Assembly: GCA_050117845.1 (NCBI GenBank)
Contig: JASFLY010000002.1
Span: forward strand, 186,025-250,024
Direction of reading: 5' to 3'
DNA: 64,000 nt
Origin: Candidatus Zixiibacteriota bacterium
GTDB taxonomy: Bacteria > RBG-13-66-14 > B26-G2 > WVWN01
The notes below the pieces were generated by a model. The model saw nothing but the letters and a program-made list of their open reading frames with translations. It was not told the origin of the DNA and searched no databases. This document shows, piece by piece, positions 1 to 7,689 of the stretch. The first letter of the stretch is position 1. Each line of letters begins with the position of its first letter. The translations under genes were made by a program, and so were the position numbers.

Positions 1-415
1 TTAAAACGGCTTCAATAATCTTCTCCTTTAAAGCTGGCCAATAAACTGAACTTATTTCTTTCAATAAAGCTAATGATAACGAACTTAACTCTTCAGGCGT
101 ATTTGACGAAACATTTAACCTCCGGCAAATTGTCGTTATAACACCGCTACTTCCTCCGCTAATCACCGCATCATTTTTTATACTCCACTTCAGTTCTTCA
201 ATGATTGGTTCAACTGCGCTAGAAGTTACTTTCCCGTCATCGTATTGAGTGGCTATATAATAGAGTTCGTAAGCTCTTGAGTGCGTATTGAGCGCCGGAG
301 CTCGAAACCCGTCGAAGGTATGGTGAAACAAGAATTCTTCTATCGCTTGTGCGAAAAACAGGACCCCTTCTAGTTGGGGTGTATACCGCCACTTAGTTAA
401 ATCCGGTTGTCTCAT
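1..415 (-). CDS. Partial AT-rich hypothetical protein (runs off the left edge), not in the ORF track
   Basis: ATG at 415 with GAGG upstream. Reads MRQPDLTKWRYTPQLEGVLFFAQAIEEFLFHHTFDGFRAPALNTHS... with no stop before the window edge. Much lower GC than the rest of the window. Confidence 0.8.
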   Translation of the reverse strand, partial: MRQPDLTKWRYTPQLEGVLFFAQAIEEFLFHHTFDGFRAPALNTHSRAYELYYIATQYDDGKVTSSAVEPIIEELKWSIKNDAVISGGSSGVITTICRRLNVSSNTPEELSSLSLALLKEISSVYWPALKEKIIEAVL

Positions 416-541
416 AGTATAAACCTCGTTGACTTAGAACAAAAGTATGCTTTAGGGGGAAATTATGATATAAAATAGCTCGGTTATCAACCTTGGATTA
501 ACAAGATACTAAGGATCCGAGTAAAGGAAGGTTATACGCTT

Positions 542-805
542 ATGTTCGAGGGTTTCAGTCTGCTCCATTTAGTTTGGTTCATCATTATCGGCGGCTTCGT
601 CGGCTGGCTGGCGGGCCTCGCGTTCCGGCGGCGGGGCTTCGGCTGCCTCGGGAACGTAATAGTCGGCATAGTCGGCGCGTTGTTCGGCGGCGTGTTGTTC
701 CGGTTCGTCGGCTGGCATTTCGGCGGCCTTATCGGCGGCCTCTTCACGTCGTTCGTCGGCGCGGTTCTCTTCCTCGTCGTAGTCGGCCTGTTCAAAAAGC
801 GCTAG
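542..805 (+). CDS. GlsB/YeaQ/YmgE family (transglycosylase-associated) small membrane protein
   Basis: 87 aa, Gly-rich hydrophobic; IIIGGFVGWLAG...GNVIVGIVGALFGG...GAVLFL pattern typical of the family. Confidence 0.85.
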   Translation: MFEGFSLLHLVWFIIIGGFVGWLAGLAFRRRGFGCLGNVIVGIVGALFGGVLFRFVGWHFGGLIGGLFTSFVGAVLFLVVVGLFKKR

Positions 806-926
806 CGGCCGGCCCGTACCATAATCAGAGAGGGCGGCGCACCGACCTCTCGTACCCGTGAATATATTTACCGGGACTCACGCCGGCCGGCCCCCCCTCC
901 CCCCCCGGGGCCGGAAGGAGGCGTTT

Positions 927-2381
927 ATGGCCAGGGTCACGTTAATAGTAAGCTGGATTTTGTTAATCGCGTCGGCGGCCGCCACGGCGGCGGAAGCGGA
1001 GACGGAGATGACGCAAGGCCGCTACTGGTATTTCATAGATAATATCCAGTACGAGGCCGAGGACGGCGAGTTCCGCCTCTGGGCCGCGCTGCCCGTGGAC
1101 CACCCGGGCCAGGAGGTCGAAATCGGCGACATCTACCCGGAGCCGTACGCCGTAACGACCGACGAGCTGACGGGGACCACCGTCGTCTTCTGGCGGCTGA
1201 CGGACCTTCCCGCCGGCGGCTCGTTCTATTGCTATTACGACTTCGAGTTCGCCCCGGAGGAGGTGCGGCTGGGGGACATCGACCCGGCGACGCTCGAGCC
1301 GTACGACGTGGAGTCGGAGGAATATAAGCGGTTCACGAAGAGCGAGCCCTGGATCGAGGTCAACGACGACATCCGCGCCAAGGCCCGGGAGATAGTCGGC
1401 GACGAAAAGAACCCGCTCCTCCGCGCCCGCCTCATCTACGACTGGGTCCTCGATAATATGGCCTACGAGTACCCCGCACCCAACAACCGCGGCGCCGCGA
1501 AGTCCTTCGCGCGGCTCAAGGGGGACTGCGGCGAGTTCAGCACGGTCTTCTGCGCGCTGTGCCGGGCGCTAGGGATACCGGCGCGCAACGTCGTGTGCGT
1601 CTGGTTCACCGAGGCCGGCCACGCCTGGGCGGAGATACTCCTGCCGCCGTACGGATGGGTGCCGGTGGATACGTCCGTGGGCCAGGCCCTGGCGGGAACG
1701 TCGGCCGCCTTCCCGGGCGACGAAGTCTTTATGAAGTTCATGGATTCGAGGGGCATCCCGGACGCGGACCGGTACTACACCTTCGGCAACCTCTACCCCA
1801 ATCGCCTGATAGTGTTCGTGGGTAATAATATAGAGTTGAAGTACCCGGATCTCGGCGTCGAGAAGACTTTCAAATTCTTGCAGCCGGGCGGCCTTATGGC
1901 CATGCCGCCGGCGGCCGAGGCCGTGGGCCTGTCGGACAAGACGATCCACGCCGGCTTCTATATCTTCGGCGACGATTGCCGGGACGTCGAGGCGGCGCGG
2001 GACCGGGCCGACCGCGAGCTGGCCATGCTCTACGTCATGACCGAGCAGTACGAGAAGGCCGAGGGCGCGCTCCTCAAGAAGCTGGAGGGCAGGCCGGACG
2101 ACGCGTTGGTTCTGCTCAACCTGGGCCAGACCTACGTCGCGCTCGGCAAAACGGAAGAGGCCGTGGCCGCGTTGGAAAAATGCCTCGTCGGCAAAGGCGG
2201 CAGCATCAAACCCGTGCTGGACGTCTGGGCGCACAACTTCCTGGGCGTATGTTACGAGGAGCAGGGGGACGCGGAGGCCGCCCGGGCCGAGTTCCAGCTC
2301 GTCCTCGACAGCGAGATAGACTTCCAGGGCTCCCTGGACTTCGCAAAGGAGCACGTGAAGGAGTTGGAGAGCGGGGAGTAG
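927..2381 (+). CDS. Secreted transglutaminase-like (Cys-His-Asp) protein with C-terminal TPRs
   Basis: Signal peptide after AAGGAG RBS; GDCGEF (Cys), GHAWAE (His), WVPVD (Asp); TPR-like C-terminal helices. Confidence 0.85.
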   Translation: MARVTLIVSWILLIASAAATAAEAETEMTQGRYWYFIDNIQYEAEDGEFRLWAALPVDHPGQEVEIGDIYPEPYAVTTDELTGTTVVFWRLTDLPAGGSFYCYYDFEFAPEEVRLGDIDPATLEPYDVESEEYKRFTKSEPWIEVNDDIRAKAREIVGDEKNPLLRARLIYDWVLDNMAYEYPAPNNRGAAKSFARLKGDCGEFSTVFCALCRALGIPARNVVCVWFTEAGHAWAEILLPPYGWVPVDTSVGQALAGTSAAFPGDEVFMKFMDSRGIPDADRYYTFGNLYPNRLIVFVGNNIELKYPDLGVEKTFKFLQPGGLMAMPPAAEAVGLSDKTIHAGFYIFGDDCRDVEAARDRADRELAMLYVMTEQYEKAEGALLKKLEGRPDDALVLLNLGQTYVALGKTEEAVAALEKCLVGKGGSIKPVLDVWAHNFLGVCYEEQGDAEAARAEFQLVLDSEIDFQGSLDFAKEHVKELESGE

Positions 2382-2427
2382 AGCGAAAAACGCCGGAAAA
2401 AGCGGCTCGGCGCGGGGAACGCCCTAT

Positions 2428-2456
2428 TTGACTATCCCCCGCCGAGCCGTTATAAT
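2428..2456 (+). promoter_or_regulatory. Sigma70-type promoter
   Basis: TTGACT-17 nt-TATAAT. Confidence 0.75.
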
Positions 2457-2489
2457 TGTATTCGAAGCGACCAACTATCGGAGGAGAGT

Positions 2490-4136
2490 ATGGACCTTAA
2501 AAAGGTAATCGCGGCCGCCCTGGTGCTCAAGGCGGCGTTTGTTTTTGCCGGCGAGTGGACCATAGAGATCCCGGACGGCACCGGCGACGCCGGTTGGTGC
2601 ATATCGTTGGTCCTCGGCGAAGGCGACAAGCCCCACATATCGTACAACTACGGCTTCGTCGGCGGCGATGATCTTATGTACGCGTACAAGGAGGGCGGGA
2701 CGTGGCACACGGAGGTCGCCGACGACGCGGCCGCTTACTCGGGTCGAGATACGTCGATCTGCGTGGACGCAAACGGCCGGCCTCGTATAGCGGTGGCTTT
2801 ACAATCCGGTAGCCCGGGCATACGTTTCGCCGAGAAAAACGGGTCCCAGTGGAATACGACTACGGTGGATTCCGGCGTGAAGGTGAGGCGCGTGGCGCTG
2901 GTAACGGATTCGAACGGCCGGTACCATATCCTGTACGACGACCGGGATACATTCCACCTCAAATACGCGTATTACGACGGCTCGTCGTGGAACGTAACCA
3001 CCGTGGACACGACGCCGACCGGGTGGATCTCGGCCGTCGACGTGGCCATCGACGCCGCCGACCACCTCCACGTCATATACGACGTGGACGGGGACGTTAA
3101 ATACGGATACTACGACGGCGCGTCGTGGCAACTCGCCTTTATCGAAAACAGTATTTTATGCGGCAGCTTATCGATAGCCGTCGGGCCGGACGATAAACCC
3201 CACGCCGTCTACTACGAAGAAAACGCCGATTACGTAAAATACGCCTACTACGATTCCGGCCAATGGAATATAGAGAACGTCGTCAGCCAAATCCCGGACG
3301 CCGCGCCCGCCGTCGCCATCGCGGTCGATGCGGGCGGCGAAGCCCATATCGCTTACGCCAAATGGAACAGCATATCCGATAAGGACCTCATATACGCCCA
3401 CCGGGACAACGGTACGTGGCAGTTTACGACCGTCGACGACGAGGGCGACCTGGGCCTGTCGCTCGACATCGCCCTCGACCATTGGGGTTTCCCCCACGTC
3501 GCGTACCACCGCTGCACCGGTTCGTTGGGCGAGCTCAAATACGCCTGGTACTACGACGACAACGCCATCGAGCTGGCCGGCTTCACGGCCTCGGGCGCGA
3601 GCGAGAGCGCTATAGACCTCTCCTGGCGGGCCCGGGCCACCGCGGGCGAGAGAATCGCGGGCTTCGACCTGTACCGGCGCCGGGCCGGCGCGGCGGGCGT
3701 GAGCAGCGATTCATGGACCAAGGTGAACTCCTCGCTCATCGTCGGCGAGAACCCGTACTCGTATCGGGACGCGGCCCTCGAGGCCGCCACCGGGTACGAA
3801 TACCGCCTCGAAGCGATAGTCGCGAACGAGGCCGAGGCGCTCGGGACGGCCTCCGGGGCCACCCTCGGCGCGGCGAGGCCCTTCGCGCTCCGGGCCGCCT
3901 ATCCCAACCCGACGACGGGCGCCGTGACGTTCTCGTTCGCGCTGGCCGGGGCGACCGACGCCGAACTGGCCGTCTTCGATCTCGCCGGCCGCCGCGTGGC
4001 CACGCCGCTGTGCGGGCCGCTCGCCGCGGGCGACCACGACGTAAGCACGGCCCTCGACCTCGCGCCGGGCGTTTACCTGTACCGCCTGGAGGCCGCGGGT
4101 TTCTCGGCGACGCGCCGCCTGGCCGTCGTCGAGTAG
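2490..4136 (+). CDS. Secreted beta-propeller-like repeat protein with T9SS-type-A/FlgD-like C-terminal domain
   Basis: Signal peptide; repeated 'PHI.Y...LKYAYYDG.SW...VD' units; C-terminal YPNP...VFDLAGRRV...GVYLYRL. Confidence 0.8.
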   Translation: MDLKKVIAAALVLKAAFVFAGEWTIEIPDGTGDAGWCISLVLGEGDKPHISYNYGFVGGDDLMYAYKEGGTWHTEVADDAAAYSGRDTSICVDANGRPRIAVALQSGSPGIRFAEKNGSQWNTTTVDSGVKVRRVALVTDSNGRYHILYDDRDTFHLKYAYYDGSSWNVTTVDTTPTGWISAVDVAIDAADHLHVIYDVDGDVKYGYYDGASWQLAFIENSILCGSLSIAVGPDDKPHAVYYEENADYVKYAYYDSGQWNIENVVSQIPDAAPAVAIAVDAGGEAHIAYAKWNSISDKDLIYAHRDNGTWQFTTVDDEGDLGLSLDIALDHWGFPHVAYHRCTGSLGELKYAWYYDDNAIELAGFTASGASESAIDLSWRARATAGERIAGFDLYRRRAGAAGVSSDSWTKVNSSLIVGENPYSYRDAALEAATGYEYRLEAIVANEAEALGTASGATLGAARPFALRAAYPNPTTGAVTFSFALAGATDAELAVFDLAGRRVATPLCGPLAAGDHDVSTALDLAPGVYLYRLEAAGFSATRRLAVVE

Positions 4137-4159
4137 GGTCATGATTTAGGAAAATGTTG

Positions 4160-4184
4160 AGGCGGCCCGAAGGCCGCCTTTTTT
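4160..4184 (+). terminator. Intrinsic terminator
   Basis: AGGCGGCC-CGAA-GGCCGCCT followed by a T run. Confidence 0.8.
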
Positions 4185-4255
4185 ATGCTTGCCCGACGGG
4201 CCGGCATATTATATTTTTATACCCTTTCAGCTATCCCGTAACAGAGGAGTAATAT

Positions 4256-6241
4256 ATGGCCCCCACCCACGGTTCCGTCGCTCTGCAGGTGCTCGCCGGC
4301 CTATTGGTCGCGGCCGCCTTCGTCCTCTTCGGATGGGCGTGTTTGAAACGTTTCCTAATGCTCCGGGCCGGCCGGCCGGAGAACCGCTTCGACCAGCTCG
4401 GCCGCCGCTTCGGCGATTTCGTGGGGCTCGTCTTCGGCCAGCGCCTGGTCCTCCGCGAACGCCTTCCGGGCACGGCGCACGTCCTCATCTTCTGGGGCTT
4501 TTTGGTCGTGGCCGCGGCCAACCTGGTCTTCATGATCGAGGGCTTCTGGGAAGGTTTCCGCATACCGTACGTGACGGACGCCGGATGGTATCACTTCATT
4601 TTCGACGTCTTCGTCGTTCTCGTCATCGTCGGCGTGGCGGTGGCGTTCCTGCGGCGCGTCATCCTCCGGCCGACGGGGCCCACGGGCGGCTTCGGCGCCT
4701 ACTTCATCCTCTTTTTAATATTCATACTCATGTTCACGGACCTCGTTATCGAGGGTTACCTGCTGGGTACCGCCGGCGTCAGGCCGGCGTCGATGCCGGC
4801 GGGTTCGCTCTCGGCCGCGCTCTTCGCGGGGCTGGGCCTCATAGGGCCCAAATGGTTCGGCCTCTACGCCGTAAGCTGGTGGGTGCACCTGGTCGCGCTG
4901 CTCGTCTTTTTGGTCTACATCCCGATGTCGAAGCACCTCCACCTCCTGGCCGGCCCCTTCAACGAGTTCTTCCGGGACCTGAAACCCCGCGGCGTCGTCC
5001 GCGACTGCGACGTGGAGGACGAGGACGCCGACCACTTCGGCGTCGTGCGCGCGGACGAATTCACCTGGCGCCAGTTGCTCGACCTCTACGCCTGCGTCGA
5101 GTGCGGCCGTTGTCAGGACAACTGCCCGGCCTTCAATACCGACAAACCCCTCTCGCCCAAAAAGGTCATCACGGACCTCAAGCACGACTTCATGCACTAC
5201 GGCCTGAAAATCGCGAAGCTGGCCCGGGCGCCAGTCGAGAAGGAAGAGGGCGTGGGCCTGGCGGGCCCCGTGGTCAACGACGACGAACTCTGGGCCTGCA
5301 CCACCTGCATGGCCTGCGTCGAGCACTGCCCCATCAACGTGGAGCACGTCGACAAGATAGTCGACCTGCGCCGGGACCTCGTTCTCAACGAGGGCCGGGT
5401 CCCCCACGAACTCAACGCCGCCATGAACGGCGTCGAGCGCAACAACAACCCCTACGGCCTGCCCTCCGCCGACAGGATGAAGTGGGCCAACGGCATGGGC
5501 GTTCCCGTCTTCGCCAAAGGGGCCGAGGCCGAGTACTGCTTCTGGGTATCGTGCCTGGGGTCCTACGACGACCGCGGCCAGCGCGTCGCCCGGGCCATGG
5601 TGAAACTCTTGGACGCGGCCGGCGTCTCCTACGCCGTCCTGGGGGAGGAGGAGGGCTGCTGCGCCGAGGCGTTCCGGCGGCTGGGCCACGAGTACCTGTA
5701 TAAAATGAAGCTGGACGAGAACGCCGCGGCCTTCGAGCAGTACGGCATCAAGAAGCTAATAACGGCGTGCCCCCACTGCTACAACACCTTCAAGCACGAA
5801 TACGCGTCCCTCGGCCACGAGCTGGAGGTTTACCATCATACGGAATTCCTGAAGGGCCTGGTCGACGACGGCAAACTCGAAATAACCGGCGACCCGGCCG
5901 GGGCCGTGGCCTATCACGACTCCTGCTATTTGGGCCGCTACAACGGCCTGTACGACGCGCCGCGGGAACTCGTGCGAGCGGCGGGCGGCGAGCCGGTGGA
6001 GTTCGAGCGCAACCGAAGTCGGGCGTTCTGCTGCGGCGCCGGCGGCGGCCGGATGTGGCTGGAGGAGACGATCGGGAAGCGTATCAACGTAGAGCGGGCG
6101 GAGCAGGCCCTGGCGACGGGCGCCTCCACGGTAGCGGTGGCGTGCGCCTACTGCCTTACGATGCTCGACGACGGCGTAAAAGACCTTAACGCCGGCGTCC
6201 CGGTACAGGACGTGGCGGAGTTACTCGCGAAGCGTCTTTAA
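4256..6241 (+). CDS. Membrane-bound Fe-S oxidoreductase (FadF/HdrD-like, heterodisulfide reductase-related)
   Basis: N-terminal TM helices; CVECGRCQDNCP and CTTCMACVEHCP ferredoxin motifs; CCG-type domains (GCCAE, ACPHC, HDSCYLGR, CCGAGGG). Confidence 0.85.
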   Translation: MAPTHGSVALQVLAGLLVAAAFVLFGWACLKRFLMLRAGRPENRFDQLGRRFGDFVGLVFGQRLVLRERLPGTAHVLIFWGFLVVAAANLVFMIEGFWEGFRIPYVTDAGWYHFIFDVFVVLVIVGVAVAFLRRVILRPTGPTGGFGAYFILFLIFILMFTDLVIEGYLLGTAGVRPASMPAGSLSAALFAGLGLIGPKWFGLYAVSWWVHLVALLVFLVYIPMSKHLHLLAGPFNEFFRDLKPRGVVRDCDVEDEDADHFGVVRADEFTWRQLLDLYACVECGRCQDNCPAFNTDKPLSPKKVITDLKHDFMHYGLKIAKLARAPVEKEEGVGLAGPVVNDDELWACTTCMACVEHCPINVEHVDKIVDLRRDLVLNEGRVPHELNAAMNGVERNNNPYGLPSADRMKWANGMGVPVFAKGAEAEYCFWVSCLGSYDDRGQRVARAMVKLLDAAGVSYAVLGEEEGCCAEAFRRLGHEYLYKMKLDENAAAFEQYGIKKLITACPHCYNTFKHEYASLGHELEVYHHTEFLKGLVDDGKLEITGDPAGAVAYHDSCYLGRYNGLYDAPRELVRAAGGEPVEFERNRSRAFCCGAGGGRMWLEETIGKRINVERAEQALATGASTVAVACAYCLTMLDDGVKDLNAGVPVQDVAELLAKRL

Positions 6242-6287
6242 ACTGCATAGGTTTAAACCGGCGGCATTCAACGTCGCGACCTGATAT

Positions 6288-6588
6288 CGCCGACTGAAGT
6301 CGGCGGCTTACGCAGAGCGGGTCAAGCACCGCCCCATAAATGGGGCGGTTTAACCTCAAGGCTTACGCAGAGCGGGTCAGGCACCGCCCCATAAATGGAG
6401 CGGTTTAACCTCAAGGCTTACGCAGGGCGGGTCAGGTACCACCCCATGAATGGGGCGGTTTAACCTCAAGGCTTACGCAGAGCGGGTCAGGCACCGCCCC
6501 ATAAATGGGGCGGTATCGGGAGGCATACCGGCCGCTTCAGCGGCCGGTGGTAATCCGCATTGCGTTAACCGCCGGCCTCGGCCGGCGG
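6288..6588. repeat. Left hairpin-repeat array: palindrome CGCCGACTGAAGTCGGCG, four 55-bp tandem units and two further hairpins
   Basis: Unit GGCTTACGCAGAGCGGGTCAGGCACCGCCCCATAAATGGGGCGGTTTAACCTCAA starts at 6305, 6360, 6415 and 6470 (last one partial), then ACCGGCCGCTTCAGCGGCCGGT and CCGCCGGCCTCGGCCGGCGG. Confidence 0.95.
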
Positions 6589-6611
6589 CGTACGGCGTAT
6601 AGGGAGGATAA

Positions 6612-7058
6612 ATGGCTTTAATACACGTAGCCGCCGACATAGCGACCCTCGTAAAGGAACAGAAATCCGAGACGGCGGCGTATATCCTGAATTACCATAT
6701 CACATTTCGAACTAAACGTAACCGGCGTTTATTAAAGGGAGATATTGCCTCGGAATGCCGGGAGGTTATTAGAAGCGTGGCCGACCGTAATAATTATAAA
6801 ATACTAGCCGCCGCGATTATGCCCGACCACGTACATTTGGTAATCGCCCTTACCCCCTCGGACCGGGTGAGCGAGGCGGTCCGAAATATAAAGGGGAACA
6901 CGGCCAAATCCCTCCGGGATAAATATCCAAACCTCCGGAATATTGACAGAAGCCTATGGAGCGAGGGTTACTATGTCGAGAGCGTGGGACTGAAGAACGT
7001 CAAACAGGTCCTCAATTACGTATCACGGCAGGACGAACACCACGAATACGCCGACTGA
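6612..7058 (+). mobile_element. tnpA: IS200/IS605-family Y1 (HUH) transposase TnpA, no tnpB
   Basis: YHITFRTKR, HUH motif DHVH, KGNTAK, LWSEGYYVESVG, catalytic YVSRQ (YxxxQ); GGGAGG RBS; lower GC. Confidence 0.9.
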
Positions 7059-7382
7059 AGTCGGCGGCTTACGCAGAGCGGGTCAGGCACCGCCCCATAA
7101 ATGGGGCGGTATCGGGAGGTATACCGGCCGCTTCAGCGGCCGGTGGTAATCCGCATTGCGTTAACCGCCGGCCTCGGCCGGCGGAGTTGAACCCCGGTTT
7201 TTATACCGCCGACTGAAGTCGGCGGCTAACGCAGAGCGAGTGAGGCACCGCCCCATAAATGGGGCGGTTTAACCCCGAGGCTTACGCCGAGCGAGTCAGG
7301 CACCGCCCCATAAATGGGGCGGTTTAACCTCAAGGCTTACGCAGACCGGGTCAGGCGCCGGCCGTTAAAAGGGGCGGTTTAA
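7049..7382. repeat. Right hairpin-repeat array
   Basis: Palindrome CGCCGACTGAAGTCGGCG at 7049 and 7207; 55-bp-type units at 7066 (partial), 7224, 7279 and 7334 (degenerate); 7066-7184 repeats 6470-6588. Confidence 0.95.
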
Positions 7383-7405
7383 TTCCGGTGGACGTGATTG
7401 CCCCC

Positions 7406-7434
7406 TTGACGCCGCGGCGCCGGTATGGTATATA
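7406..7434 (+). promoter_or_regulatory. Sigma70-type promoter driving the ileS leader
   Basis: TTGACG-17 nt-TATATA with TG extended -10. Confidence 0.65.
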
Positions 7435-7459
7435 TTTAACCAAGAAAAGGCGCGAAATT

Positions 7460-7537
7460 ATGAATTACCACCCGTTTGCCGGCATTATTATAATAATTAT
7501 CGACCGTTCCCGGTCGGGCCGGCCCGGTGCGCCTTAA
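7460..7537 (+). CDS. Ile-rich attenuator leader peptide MNYHPFAGIIIIIIDRSRSGRPGAP
   Basis: Six consecutive Ile codons (ATT ATT ATA ATA ATT ATC, 7484-7501) upstream of ileS; AAGG upstream of the ATG. Confidence 0.85.
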   Translation: MNYHPFAGIIIIIIDRSRSGRPGAP

Positions 7538-7562
7538 CGCAGATAAGGACACAGAAACTACC

Positions 7563-7588
7563 AGCCGGCCCCCGGGGCCGGCTTTTTT
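7563..7588 (+). terminator. Attenuator terminator
   Basis: AGCCGGCCC-CCG-GGGCCGGCT followed by a T run; its 5' arm can alternatively pair with GGGCCGGC at 7516-7523. Confidence 0.85.
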
Positions 7589-7624
7589 ATTGGGGTTTCC
7601 AAGCCCCGCGGCCGGAATTTTAGC

Positions 7625-7653
7625 TTGACTTAAACGGTACGCTCTAGTACAAT
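7625..7653 (+). promoter_or_regulatory. Second sigma70-type promoter directly upstream of ileS
   Basis: TTGACT-17 nt-TACAAT. Confidence 0.65.
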
Positions 7654-7689
7654 TCGCGGCTCGATGCCGCCCCACCCGGAGACGCTGCC

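Noticed and set aside
6305..7382. CRISPR array
   Set aside because: The sequence between hairpins is nearly identical in every unit (no unique spacers), and no cas genes are present
7059..7400. tnpB/IscB or omegaRNA partner of tnpA; ORF 6956-7216
   Set aside because: No RuvC or zinc-finger ORF; the small ORF is a by-product of the repeats
7440..7689. T-box riboswitch for ileS
   Set aside because: No AAGGTGGTACCGCG-like T-box or stem I motifs; the leader-peptide model explains the region
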